Shown here piece after piece: positions 17,725-25,758 of a stretch of 31,456 bases of DNA. Below the pieces are notes generated by a model that was not told the DNA's origin, did not search any database, and saw only the letters and a program-made list of their open reading frames with translations. Location of the stretch: positions 1-31,456 of the IMG/VR virus record IMGVR_UViG_3300030376_005233; one strand, written 5' to 3'. This stretch comes from a virus (taxonomy: Duplodnaviria; Caudoviricetes). The position numbers and the translations under genes are program-made. Every line of letters begins with the position of its first letter. Positions within the stretch are counted from its first letter, which is position 1.

Positions 17725-19422
17725 TTACCACCCTGTTCCGCCTGAAGTTCTGTATTCGATAGCAGACGACGGCCATACCATAGCTTGGAAACGCTTAACT
17801 GCGAATACCTCACTCGAACTAGACCCGCTCGTAGCCCATTTTAGTTGTAATGAATCCATGTCTTTGGAACCCGGATCTCGTAAATAGAAAGCCCCGTAAT
17901 GCCTCAATGCCCGCGCTCTTCGGTTGTAGTTGTACTGAGCCATCGGATGCCACGTATGGTAGATATTGATGTCAGACCCGAAAGCTACACAAGATATTGT
18001 ACCTTCTACCCTCATCAGACCGTCTGCATTACGATATGTTGTACTAGACGTGATGTTTAGTAAGTGCCCCGAACCCGAATCTGTAGAGATCACAACCTCA
18101 TCTGAGGGAGAACTGCCCGCGCACGTAAGCACCATATCTAGGTCAATAGACTGAGTGTCGTTCGCGGTGCTCGACCATTCAATATCTATTGAGTAGTCGA
18201 TTCTAGACCCGCCCAGAAACGTCCCAGACCCGAGCATTAAATAGCCGTTGTACAGCGTTCCGCCCGCCGTACTTATATCTGACGAAGTAAACGATAGCTC
18301 ACTCCCTTGAGGATTCCATGCCACCAGTTGAGGAGTAGACGCCATCTTCCATAGTATGTCGGATAGGTGACCGCCAAAGTTCTTTACAGGCTGCTCGTAG
18401 TTGTCAGGCCGTCTGTCCGGTAGCGGTATGGGAGGGATTATCTCCAAGCAACCGATCGCTGGAGGGGTGTCAAAGGCTTGTCGGTTGAGGTCGCCGCCTG
18501 AAGGCTTAGAGGCAGTATCGCCTGTGCCGTCCGCAATCCCGCCCTCGGCAGGATAATAGTTACCCGCAGCGGGGTCTGTTAGAACTAAAGACGTCCCTAT
18601 CGCAGGCGTTTCTAAGACGTTCGTTAAGGTAAAACCAGCAGCCGAAATATCGTCGTAAAACCCGGAGATAATAGTGTTTTTGATCGTGCCTGTCGTCCCT
18701 GACGAGTTGGCGACTATGCCCTTGTGGTAGTTTACCGAGTTAACTGTCTGTATCACACAGTTTGCGATCGTTGTTCCGTTCGCAGTTACGTATACGATAA
18801 GCGCGGAGGTATTAAGCAGTGAGGCATCTTTGTTGCTATATACCGTCGTGTTAACGATTGTTCCGGTGGATACCAAAATAGCGTACTTTGTCCATCCTAT
18901 AAAAAGCGACGATTCAACTGTCGAAGTGCCAGCCCACATCCCTACGGTTGTAGTGCTAGTAGTGTTTGACGTGTTGTCAACGCGACAACGCCTAACAACC
19001 AGATCATCGCCGACAACACGCATAGCGAAGAGGCCGCTTGAGTTTAAAACGCAATCCTCAAACACAATGTCGCTATGGCCCGACCACCCGCCACGATAAA
19101 CCGTAGAGTAGGTTGTTGCAGTTCCAGTGTAGTTAAACGTGATGCCGCTAAACTTCACTCCCGTCGCCGCGTTGTTGACCAAAACTACGTAGCTATCGGA
19201 AGTGTCCCCCGGATTGTTCCACGTTAACTGCCGACTCGATGGACTAAGAGGATCGCCTTGGACTGTCAGGTTGTCCGGCCACGTTACCCCAGAACCCACT
19301 GATTCAGTTTCGTTATACCCGGCAAGCAGTTGGATTGTATCGCCATCGGATAAGACCCCAGAAGCTAAGGCAGTGTGCAGTGTAGTATAGGTCTGGCCTG
19401 CACCTACGTTATAGGTCGCCAT
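17725..19422 (-). CDS. Right-handed beta-helix (pectin-lyase-like) protein, putative fibre/spike or surface-binding protein
   Basis: The N-terminal cap YNVGAGQTYTTL..AL....DGDTIQL is followed by Asn/Thr/Val-rich coil repeats (IVNTTVY, IANCVI, IKNTII). A closing motif NYYP..G..A..TG...DLN......P.IG.LE precedes a separate ~230-aa beta-rich C-terminal domain. The ATG at 19422 has GGGGGTG upstream. Confidence 0.75.
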   Translation of the reverse strand: MATYNVGAGQTYTTLHTALASGVLSDGDTIQLLAGYNETESVGSGVTWPDNLTVQGDPLSPSSRQLTWNNPGDTSDSYVVLVNNAATGVKFSGITFNYTGTATTYSTVYRGGWSGHSDIVFEDCVLNSSGLFAMRVVGDDLVVRRCRVDNTSNTTSTTTVGMWAGTSTVESSLFIGWTKYAILVSTGTIVNTTVYSNKDASLLNTSALIVYVTANGTTIANCVIQTVNSVNYHKGIVANSSGTTGTIKNTIISGFYDDISAAGFTLTNVLETPAIGTSLVLTDPAAGNYYPAEGGIADGTGDTASKPSGGDLNRQAFDTPPAIGCLEIIPPIPLPDRRPDNYEQPVKNFGGHLSDILWKMASTPQLVAWNPQGSELSFTSSDISTAGGTLYNGYLMLGSGTFLGGSRIDYSIDIEWSSTANDTQSIDLDMVLTCAGSSPSDEVVISTDSGSGHLLNITSSTTYRNADGLMRVEGTISCVAFGSDINIYHTWHPMAQYNYNRRARALRHYGAFYLRDPGSKDMDSLQLKWATSGSSSSEVFAVKRFQAMVWPSSAIEYRTSGGTGW

Positions 19423-19696
19423 CTTCACCCCCCGGTGGCAGATGCTCTTCAGGCTCTGGTACAGGTTCGCCGTTTACCAGAACTGAGATGCCATTCTCAT
19501 AGGTGATAGTCTCAACCACTTGCCCCGATTCGTCCCACGTTGTATGTACGCCGATCGGCGTGTTCATGGCATACGCCTTTTTGCTTCGTAGCTCACCGCT
19601 TGGCCACTTTACGACCACTTCCCCGTCAACTTTGCCGTCAACCAAACTGCCCGTCACAATGCAGCCATCTGTCCTAGTTAGTTCGTAGGCACTCAT
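19409..19696 (-). CDS. Small MORN2-repeat (YwqK-like) protein (95 aa)
   Basis: The repeat pattern G..VDGK.DG....W.SG.L.....Y......G....W.ESG......YENG is typical of MORN variant repeats. Confidence 0.7.
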   Translation of the reverse strand: MSAYELTRTDGCIVTGSLVDGKVDGEVVVKWPSGELRSKKAYAMNTPIGVHTTWDESGQVVETITYENGISVLVNGEPVPEPEEHLPPGGEDGDL

Positions 19697-20745
19697 GCTG
19701 CATACTCCTCAACCTCAATAAGTACTTTTAAAGCGTTAGGACGAAGAACGAATCTGTGCGGATTGCCGGGAGTGCCATCTGAAGAACAACCGGAGAAAGT
19801 CCGAACAAAAACAGAGTCGCCCGCTGCAAACTCCGTCTGGTCCGCGTTTAACGAAATGTCTGTTCCTTGTTGCGACATTGGTGCCCTGCCCACGGATAGA
19901 CCGACTTGACCGTCTTGGCCAAAATGCCCGTAGTAAGTAGGGGAGCCCGATAAAAAGTAGAAGTCTGCCGGGTCTATCTCAGACCAACCGATATTATCTG
20001 GATGGTTGACACTGTTACCCGAAGCCCCCGGTTTTGTCTGATAGACGTAGCCTGTAGACAACGAACCCACGTCTACGATAGCGCCCCGTTGGAACGCGCC
20101 TATAGTGGCATCGCAGATCGCCCCTAGCGTTCTCTGCATTAAAACGGTCTTGTCTGTCACGCCGTGAATCCCGACCGTATGCCCCGTAGTCGTACTTACG
20201 GTGCTATCAAACGTAAACGTGTGAGGCGTAACCCCGGTATCAGTGCTACTATCTGTCGGACCCTCGTAAATAACGAACCGCTTACCGTGCAAGCGGTTTA
20301 GGTTATACGTACTAACAGCGGCTATCGTCATTTGAGCCACTGCCCCAAACGGGTACACTCGCGCCCTTTCGTCACCGCCGTCCGCTGCCATAGGAGTCTT
20401 ATATGTCTCCCACTCTTCTGTCGGTCTTTCGTTTGTATTAGGTCGAGCAATACCAACAAAGACTGTCGGAACCTTAGCCGGTGAGGCACCGTACAAACCG
20501 TCAGGTATGTAGTCCGTCTTGTAGAGCACGTTCATTGTGCCCGTACAGAACTTAACGTTAACGATACGCCCTGCTTTAGCAAAACGGTTATGTATCGTGT
20601 AACCGCTTCTAAGAGGACCGTCCTCAACAAAAGGAAGCTCAATAGCCAAGGTGCGCGTAGCTGAAGTCTTAGAGAATCGGTCTAGAACTACTCCGTCAGA
20701 TACCGCGTTGCGCCCCGGACTGTTTATGGTCCGACGTACACCCAC
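19693..20745 (-). CDS. Hypothetical protein, putative virion structural protein (350 aa)
   Basis: Thr/Gly/Ser-rich, beta-type composition. Lies in the late operon and is coupled to the next gene. Confidence 0.6.
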   Translation of the reverse strand: MGVRRTINSPGRNAVSDGVVLDRFSKTSATRTLAIELPFVEDGPLRSGYTIHNRFAKAGRIVNVKFCTGTMNVLYKTDYIPDGLYGASPAKVPTVFVGIARPNTNERPTEEWETYKTPMAADGGDERARVYPFGAVAQMTIAAVSTYNLNRLHGKRFVIYEGPTDSSTDTGVTPHTFTFDSTVSTTTGHTVGIHGVTDKTVLMQRTLGAICDATIGAFQRGAIVDVGSLSTGYVYQTKPGASGNSVNHPDNIGWSEIDPADFYFLSGSPTYYGHFGQDGQVGLSVGRAPMSQQGTDISLNADQTEFAAGDSVFVRTFSGCSSDGTPGNPHRFVLRPNALKVLIEVEEYAA

Positions 20746-20748
20746 GCG

Positions 20749-21111
20749 CTATAGACCTCTCGCTCGGCTAGATAACAAGACAAACTGTTGGCCTGCTGGC
20801 ATGTTCGTGCCCGCTTGAATAGTGACCTTAATGCCGTCAATCGCTAGGTTTTCAGGTAGATCTACTAAAGCCCCCGCTAGCAGATTAGCCGCCGCCCTTG
20901 AATAGGTGGTCTGCTCCGATTCGCCGCTTGCGGTAACCTCAACAGACCATCTACCATCTTTGGTTCCATCGTCTAGCGCACCGCTGACGGTGATAGTGTG
21001 CTGGCTGTGAACACCGTCTAGACGATACCCCGCCTCATGACGAAAGATCGTCCACGTATTCGTGGATGATTGGCTAGTGGTAGGTAGTACGACTCTCTTT
21101 TGTGGCTCCAC
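20749..21111 (-). CDS. Hypothetical protein, putative small beta-sandwich structural protein (120 aa)
   Basis: GTG start with a strong GGAGG RBS. Alternating hydrophobic strands. Confidence 0.65.
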   Translation of the reverse strand: MEPQKRVVLPTTSQSSTNTWTIFRHEAGYRLDGVHSQHTITVSGALDDGTKDGRWSVEVTASGESEQTTYSRAAANLLAGALVDLPENLAIDGIKVTIQAGTNMPAGQQFVLLSSRARGL

Positions 21112-21189
21112 GGCTTACACCTCCATCGTTATCCGGCAAGGCGCAGCGTACTTGAGTCAAGCCCATTCGTCTACCTGCAAACTCAATCC

Positions 21190-21264
21190 CTAGCGTGAGC
21201 GTAAATAGACTACCACCCCTAAAGCGACCGCTGCTCCCCAACAGAAACCAGAAAAAAATAACAT
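21190..21264 (-). CDS. Possible 24-aa single-pass membrane peptide
   Basis: MLFFSGFCWGAAVALGVVVYLRSR, with GAAGGG 6 nt upstream of the ATG. Below the ORF-track length cut-off. Confidence 0.35.
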   Translation of the reverse strand: MLFFSGFCWGAAVALGVVVYLRSR

Positions 21265-21282
21265 AGCTAACCCTTCAATATC

Positions 21283-22374
21283 TTAGCCAATATCTGAGTC
21301 GTTCTTTTCTCTCAGATAGGTGAGGTACTCGCACCCTTTCTCTATGTCCCAATGGATTGTCAACCTAGCCGGACCTTCCGCCCACGGGTCGATCACTACA
21401 AGGCACGCTTCCCCGAATGTTTGCTCTGAGAAGCCTTTAGACCTAGCAAACGAATCGTTGCGCTTGTACCCACGCACCCTTACCGCGTGAGTAATCCTAT
21501 CGTGTCGTTGTTCCGTCGTTAGTTGTCCCCATTGGTGAATGTGACCTGCTGTGAGTAGGTGACACCTACCGTCTAGCATCGCCTCTTTGTGAGGTCCGTG
21601 AGTAGGGTGATACCAACTACGCCCGCCAAAGTCGTGTCTGAGCACCCACACGATAGGCTCTAACTCAGGCTCGCCTCGCCACTCAATAGTGATACGAAGC
21701 TCGTCTTGCGCGTAGCACGATACGCCTGCTTTGTCTGATAGCCACGCTAACGGATCGACACCGGGACCGTGTGCCCATGCGTCGTGATTGCCGCCTACTA
21801 CGGCTATCCACTGCATCGACGATAGAAACCACTCTGAGAGTCGCCAGCCGTTAGATGCTGTCACACTGGCGTTAGCGTAGAGCCGCCCTAGCCGCCCAAT
21901 CCAATTGTCCTGCATATCGCCAACTGTAGCCGCTAGTACGCCCTCTGTAGCGCCCGCAATAGATACATGCTCGTACAACTTGCCCCAATCGCACCCTTCG
22001 TTGTCTACGTGAGGATCTCCGAAGATGATGATCCCTAGTGGCTCTGCCGGTAGCGTCAGAGTCCGTCTGTGCATGTTCGCTTTAGACTTCTTACGCTTTG
22101 ACGCCTTTACCCGCGCCTGAATGAGTTCCTCAATCGGGATCTCCTCAACCTCTTCGTCTGTCCTACTCTCTACCTCTATCTGAGCAGCCCTAGAAGCCGA
22201 CTCCTTCATTCCCATACGCTGAAGGACATGCGCCACGATGCCGCGAGTAGCTCGCTTACCTGTCTCCTCAGATAGTCTTTCTGCTATCAGTCGGTGACTA
22301 AGCCCTTCTAGTCGCCATACCCGGATCAACTCCGCGTATTTATCGATGATCTCCGCTGTCCTTAGCTTGTCCAT
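21283..22374 (-). CDS. Calcineurin-like metallophosphoesterase with an N-terminal HTH-like domain
   Basis: Complete motif set GDPH, GDMQD, GGNHD, RH and AGHIH. The N-terminal GLSHRLIAERLSEETG...T.G.V..VL is HTH-like. Start moved to the ATG at 22374 (GGAG RBS). Confidence 0.88.
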   Translation of the reverse strand: MDKLRTAEIIDKYAELIRVWRLEGLSHRLIAERLSEETGKRATRGIVAHVLQRMGMKESASRAAQIEVESRTDEEVEEIPIEELIQARVKASKRKKSKANMHRRTLTLPAEPLGIIIFGDPHVDNEGCDWGKLYEHVSIAGATEGVLAATVGDMQDNWIGRLGRLYANASVTASNGWRLSEWFLSSMQWIAVVGGNHDAWAHGPGVDPLAWLSDKAGVSCYAQDELRITIEWRGEPELEPIVWVLRHDFGGRSWYHPTHGPHKEAMLDGRCHLLTAGHIHQWGQLTTEQRHDRITHAVRVRGYKRNDSFARSKGFSEQTFGEACLVVIDPWAEGPARLTIHWDIEKGCEYLTYLREKNDSDIG

Positions 22375-22387
22375 GATCTCGTTCTCC

Positions 22388-22469
22388 GTTGAAAGAAGCC
22401 CGTTCAGGGAGCCGATCACCTCGGTGGGCTAATCCGCTTTCAACTCCGAGCGCAGGGTGAGCACTCGGA
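22388..22469 (-). promoter_or_regulatory. Structured intergenic RNA element (two adjacent stem-loops) between terL and the phosphoesterase gene
   Basis: A 9-bp stem at 22445-22469 (one G-U pair on the - strand), plus nested inverted repeats 22388-22395/22437-22444, 22397-22401/22426-22430 and 22412-22415/22421-22424. Confidence 0.5.
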
Positions 22470-22473
22470 TAGC

Positions 22474-24192
22474 TCAACTGTCAAACCACGGTAGACCGCT
22501 CCAAGCCTCTGGAGCTTGGCTAGCCCTACCGCGATTGTCAGATAACGAGTTAGGATCTTCATGGTCAAGCAAGTCCGCAGGTGCTAGGCGTTCGTCGGCC
22601 TCCGCAGAGAACATAGAATCGTCGCTAAACGACACACGGTGTACGAACGAAGACTTTCTAAGCACTGTCTCAGCTATCCACAAAGCCATCACTGTATCGT
22701 CGTGCCTTTCACGCCCTAAACCCCAAAGCTCTTGAACCAGTGGCTCTATGGCCTCTTTGCTGTCTTGATCGCGACAAGGGAAGACCACCTTGCCGTTTTC
22801 AAACAGCGCCGATAGCGACGGTACGCCGTCCCACGGGTCCGCTTTGTTCTTGCCCGTCGTCAGGTGAGGCTTAAGGGGCAAGTCAGTGGTTCGTTGCAGT
22901 CCCAGAAAGTGGAGTTCACCGAAGTTGTTCTTCTCGACCGCTACCGTTCGTGGCCGTAGCCCCATAGCGTCAAACCTGTCGTATTCCGCGCACACGTACC
23001 CGCGTAGCTGTGCTGGCGTTGTCCCGCGTATCCGCCTTATCCCTAACAGGTAGCGATTGCCGTGATCGTCTCTAGCCCACGTCACGCCTACCGTGTAGTC
23101 CGTGTCTCGCGTCTCCGCGCTCTTAGCGTCAGTAACCAAAGCGAGATCCCAGCCTTGCACTACGTCTAATCCCTCAATGCCGGGATTATCCCATAGACGT
23201 AGCGAGCTACCCGCGCTCTTAGCCCTCTCTAACCATTCCCACTTGATAGCAGCCGCCGAATCGTCCTGTACTTCGTTCTGGAACTCTCTAGAGAACAGCC
23301 TCTGTCCTACCGTCAACCGCTTGCGTAGCAGGTAGTCTAGTGGTCGCTCCGCAGGCCATAAGACCTCGTAGTCCCCGTCTATATTGACGCCCACTACGAT
23401 CTTACGCCCTCTGTCGTCTTCTTCGTACTGGTAACTGTAGTTCTCTGGCCACTCAGAGACCGCTTTGTCTTCCATCACCTCGAACGTAGGATCTTCGATA
23501 AGGTGAGAATAGAGATCATCATGGTGCTTGCGCGTGCCTACGACGATCTGCACACCGTTACGCACTAGCATAGGCCCCAAAGTCCCCTTGAACCAGTCGC
23601 GAGTCTTGGCCCTCTGGTTGGCACTAAACGTCGTTCTATCGTCCTCTACGTCATCGGCTAGAATGACGTCGAAATGGCCACCTGTCACCGCCCCGCCGCT
23701 ACCGACTGCCTCAAGAGTCGGATCAACCGACTGTAGAGGGCGATTGACGTAAACCTGCATTGAAGTCCACTTGTCTTCGTCGGTGACCCTGAAAGGCCCA
23801 AAGCCCTGCTCTGGCGCTGTACACCAGTCCTCTCGGATTCTAGGCGACTCCAACAACGTCTTAACACGCCGCATACGCTTCTCAGCTTGTCCCGCGCTTT
23901 CACAGATCCACAAGATACGAGTGTTACGGTTTAGGCATATCGCCCTTAGCGCGTAGGAGATACAAGCCTCCGTCTTGCCATGGTCGCGAGGAGCGAGGAT
24001 CAACAGGTGGCCCTCTTGGTTAGTGTCTAACGCCTTCCTCCGCGCCTGCTCAAACCTGTCAAGCCAGTTCTCTCTATGGGGTGCGTGCCGCATAGCGCAA
24101 TAGTAGGTATCGAAGAACACCGGAGACTCGACACTCAAGGCTCGACGACCTGCCGGTGTCTGTAACAGCTTGGCGATTGTCTCAGTCGTCAT
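22474..24192 (-). CDS. terL: Terminase large subunit
   Basis: Walker A LILAPRDHGKT, Walker B GGHFDVILADD, coupling motif VVGTR..DDLY, and RNase H-like nuclease residues GWDLA, DYTV, VEKN and HDDTVMA. Confidence 0.95.
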   Translation of the reverse strand: MTTETIAKLLQTPAGRRALSVESPVFFDTYYCAMRHAPHRENWLDRFEQARRKALDTNQEGHLLILAPRDHGKTEACISYALRAICLNRNTRILWICESAGQAEKRMRRVKTLLESPRIREDWCTAPEQGFGPFRVTDEDKWTSMQVYVNRPLQSVDPTLEAVGSGGAVTGGHFDVILADDVEDDRTTFSANQRAKTRDWFKGTLGPMLVRNGVQIVVGTRKHHDDLYSHLIEDPTFEVMEDKAVSEWPENYSYQYEEDDRGRKIVVGVNIDGDYEVLWPAERPLDYLLRKRLTVGQRLFSREFQNEVQDDSAAAIKWEWLERAKSAGSSLRLWDNPGIEGLDVVQGWDLALVTDAKSAETRDTDYTVGVTWARDDHGNRYLLGIRRIRGTTPAQLRGYVCAEYDRFDAMGLRPRTVAVEKNNFGELHFLGLQRTTDLPLKPHLTTGKNKADPWDGVPSLSALFENGKVVFPCRDQDSKEAIEPLVQELWGLGRERHDDTVMALWIAETVLRKSSFVHRVSFSDDSMFSAEADERLAPADLLDHEDPNSLSDNRGRASQAPEAWSGLPWFDS

Positions 24193-24532
24193 AATACTCT
24201 TCTTCCTCCTCTTCCCAATCGTCCGCGTAGTACTCTCCGTTAACTAACTCGTCAGAAAGAGCCTTAGCCCGCTCGTGGAAGGCGTCAGGTAGGTATATAA
24301 GTACGCCGGACTCATCCAACTCTTGAAATAGCCGTAGATCGTCTTCTAGGCCCTGTGTAGGGCTTCTCTTCTTGGCGGATAGGCGCTTAAGCCACCTAAC
24401 AGTTCTTCGTTGAAGGTTAGCGTGGATTGAATCAGCGATCGCGAACGTAGCGGATTCCTGAGAGTAGGGCTCAGGTAGCATCGAGAAGGCCGCGTAGATG
24501 TGCTTCTCTGGAGTTAACGGTCTTCTAGTCAC
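24182..24532 (-). CDS. Hypothetical protein (116 aa) between terS and terL, acidic tail
   Basis: GTG start with a GAGG RBS. Overlaps both neighbours. Confidence 0.7.
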   Translation of the reverse strand: MTRRPLTPEKHIYAAFSMLPEPYSQESATFAIADSIHANLQRRTVRWLKRLSAKKRSPTQGLEDDLRLFQELDESGVLIYLPDAFHERAKALSDELVNGEYYADDWEEEEEEYYDD

Positions 24533-25106
24533 CTGTTTCCTCCTCGCTCGCTTCTACCTCCGCGTCTATCACCGGGGCAGACATTAGAAGCGCCGCGTCT
24601 CTACCTATCTGCGATAGCGCCCCCGGAGCTAGTCCGAAGTCAGTCTCGACACTGGCCACAACGTCAACCGCGATGTGCTGCTTTACGTTGCTCTCTATCT
24701 TGAGTTCCATTTTGTCTAGGCCGCATAGGCTCGCTTTTCGCTTGTTGGCCTCTATGACGACCTTAAAGCAACTGGTCCGCTCTTGGACACTCTCAGCCTG
24801 CATAGCGTCCATCCAAGCAACCTGAGCTACGGCGTCAGCTTCTCGATAGAGTCGCTCTCTACGCCAGTTGACCCGATCGTCGTCAATGGTGGCCGTCCAC
24901 TTCTCTTTAACGAGCGCAAGCCACCTCTCAGCGGTCTTGTAGCCTATCCCCAGCACGTTCCGTAACTGCGACGGGTTAGAGATACCCCTAGAGAGGAGTT
25001 CTTCGACTAGCTCCAACCACGGCGCGATCTCCTCTGGCGACGGTCTGCCCCGTGGGAGTTTAGCCGGGAGCACCAAACCTGTCAGAAGCGGACTACTCTT
25101 ATCCAC
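24525..25106 (-). CDS. terS: Probable terminase small subunit (HTH plus helical oligomerisation region)
   Basis: HTH (GISNPSQLRNVLGIGYKTAERWL) followed by helices ending in KRKASLCGLD, a pattern common in TerS-like proteins. Lies two genes upstream of terL. Start moved to the GTG at 25106 (GAGGGGGA RBS). Confidence 0.65.
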   Translation of the reverse strand: MDKSSPLLTGLVLPAKLPRGRPSPEEIAPWLELVEELLSRGISNPSQLRNVLGIGYKTAERWLALVKEKWTATIDDDRVNWRRERLYREADAVAQVAWMDAMQAESVQERTSCFKVVIEANKRKASLCGLDKMELKIESNVKQHIAVDVVASVETDFGLAPGALSQIGRDAALLMSAPVIDAEVEASEEETGD

Positions 25107-25320
25107 ACTGTCCCCCTCGCGCACACGAGGCGCTCGACGTCTCACCACAGATTTTGAGGTATTTATTAAACCTGTCAGACATTAAATGACCCATCATAGA
25201 TACCTCTCTTCTCCTAGAAACCCCTGTAGTTGTAGGGTGTTGTACCTTTACAGAGAGACTAGGTACAGACCTTCTGAAAATACACCGCTTTTGAAGCGTA
25301 AATCATTTAATGCTCGCTTT

Positions 25321-25758
25321 TCAATCGTCGTCTTCTTCTACCCACGGCTGATCTAGGTCCATGGGATCGATACCTAACGTTCTAACCACAACTCCCGCAG
25401 CTATTTTTGACCCCTGAACAGAGGCTATTCTGCCTTTGATATCAGCTACGATAATGACCATGTGATTAGACAAAGCACCTACTACGTTTCTGGCCTCCTC
25501 AGAGAACCTAGCGTCTTTGGTTAGCTCAATAAACGCGAACACCGGAGAACCGCCCGGAAGTTGTCTGCCCTCAAGCCTCATACCGAGTATGGCGGGACTA
25601 TGCTCTTCTAATAGAAGCCCTTGCTGCCACCCGCAGGGAGTTCCTTCCAAACAAGAGGAGCATTCACAGTTCCTCTTTCTTCCTCGTCTTTTCAAAGCAC
25701 GGGTTAGGCTGCTATCTGTCCTGCTTTTTTTGTTCTTCTTTTTCTTTGTCTTGCTCAT
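25321..25758 (-). CDS. Hypothetical protein with a very basic N-terminus and a CxCxxC...C cluster
   Basis: The ATG at 25758 overlaps the SLT stop (TGATG) and has an AAGGAG RBS. Confidence 0.7.
   Translation of the reverse strand: MSKTKKKKNKKSRTDSSLTRALKRRGRKRNCECSSCLEGTPCGWQQGLLLEEHSPAILGMRLEGRQLPGGSPVFAFIELTKDARFSEEARNVVGALSNHMVIIVADIKGRIASVQGSKIAAGVVVRTLGIDPMDLDQPWVEEDDD

Noticed and set aside
21151-21161. Palindrome CTTGAGTCAAG as a promoter or operator
   Set aside because: The TTGACT on the - strand has no -10 at a usable spacing, and the palindrome occurs only once.
22375-22473. tRNA or Rho-independent terminator
   Set aside because: No cloverleaf, T-loop or CCA, and no U-tract after either stem.
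25160-25168. T4-type late promoter (AATAAATA on the - strand)
   Set aside because: A single imperfect match to TATAAATA in an AT-rich patch, not repeated ahead of other late genes.
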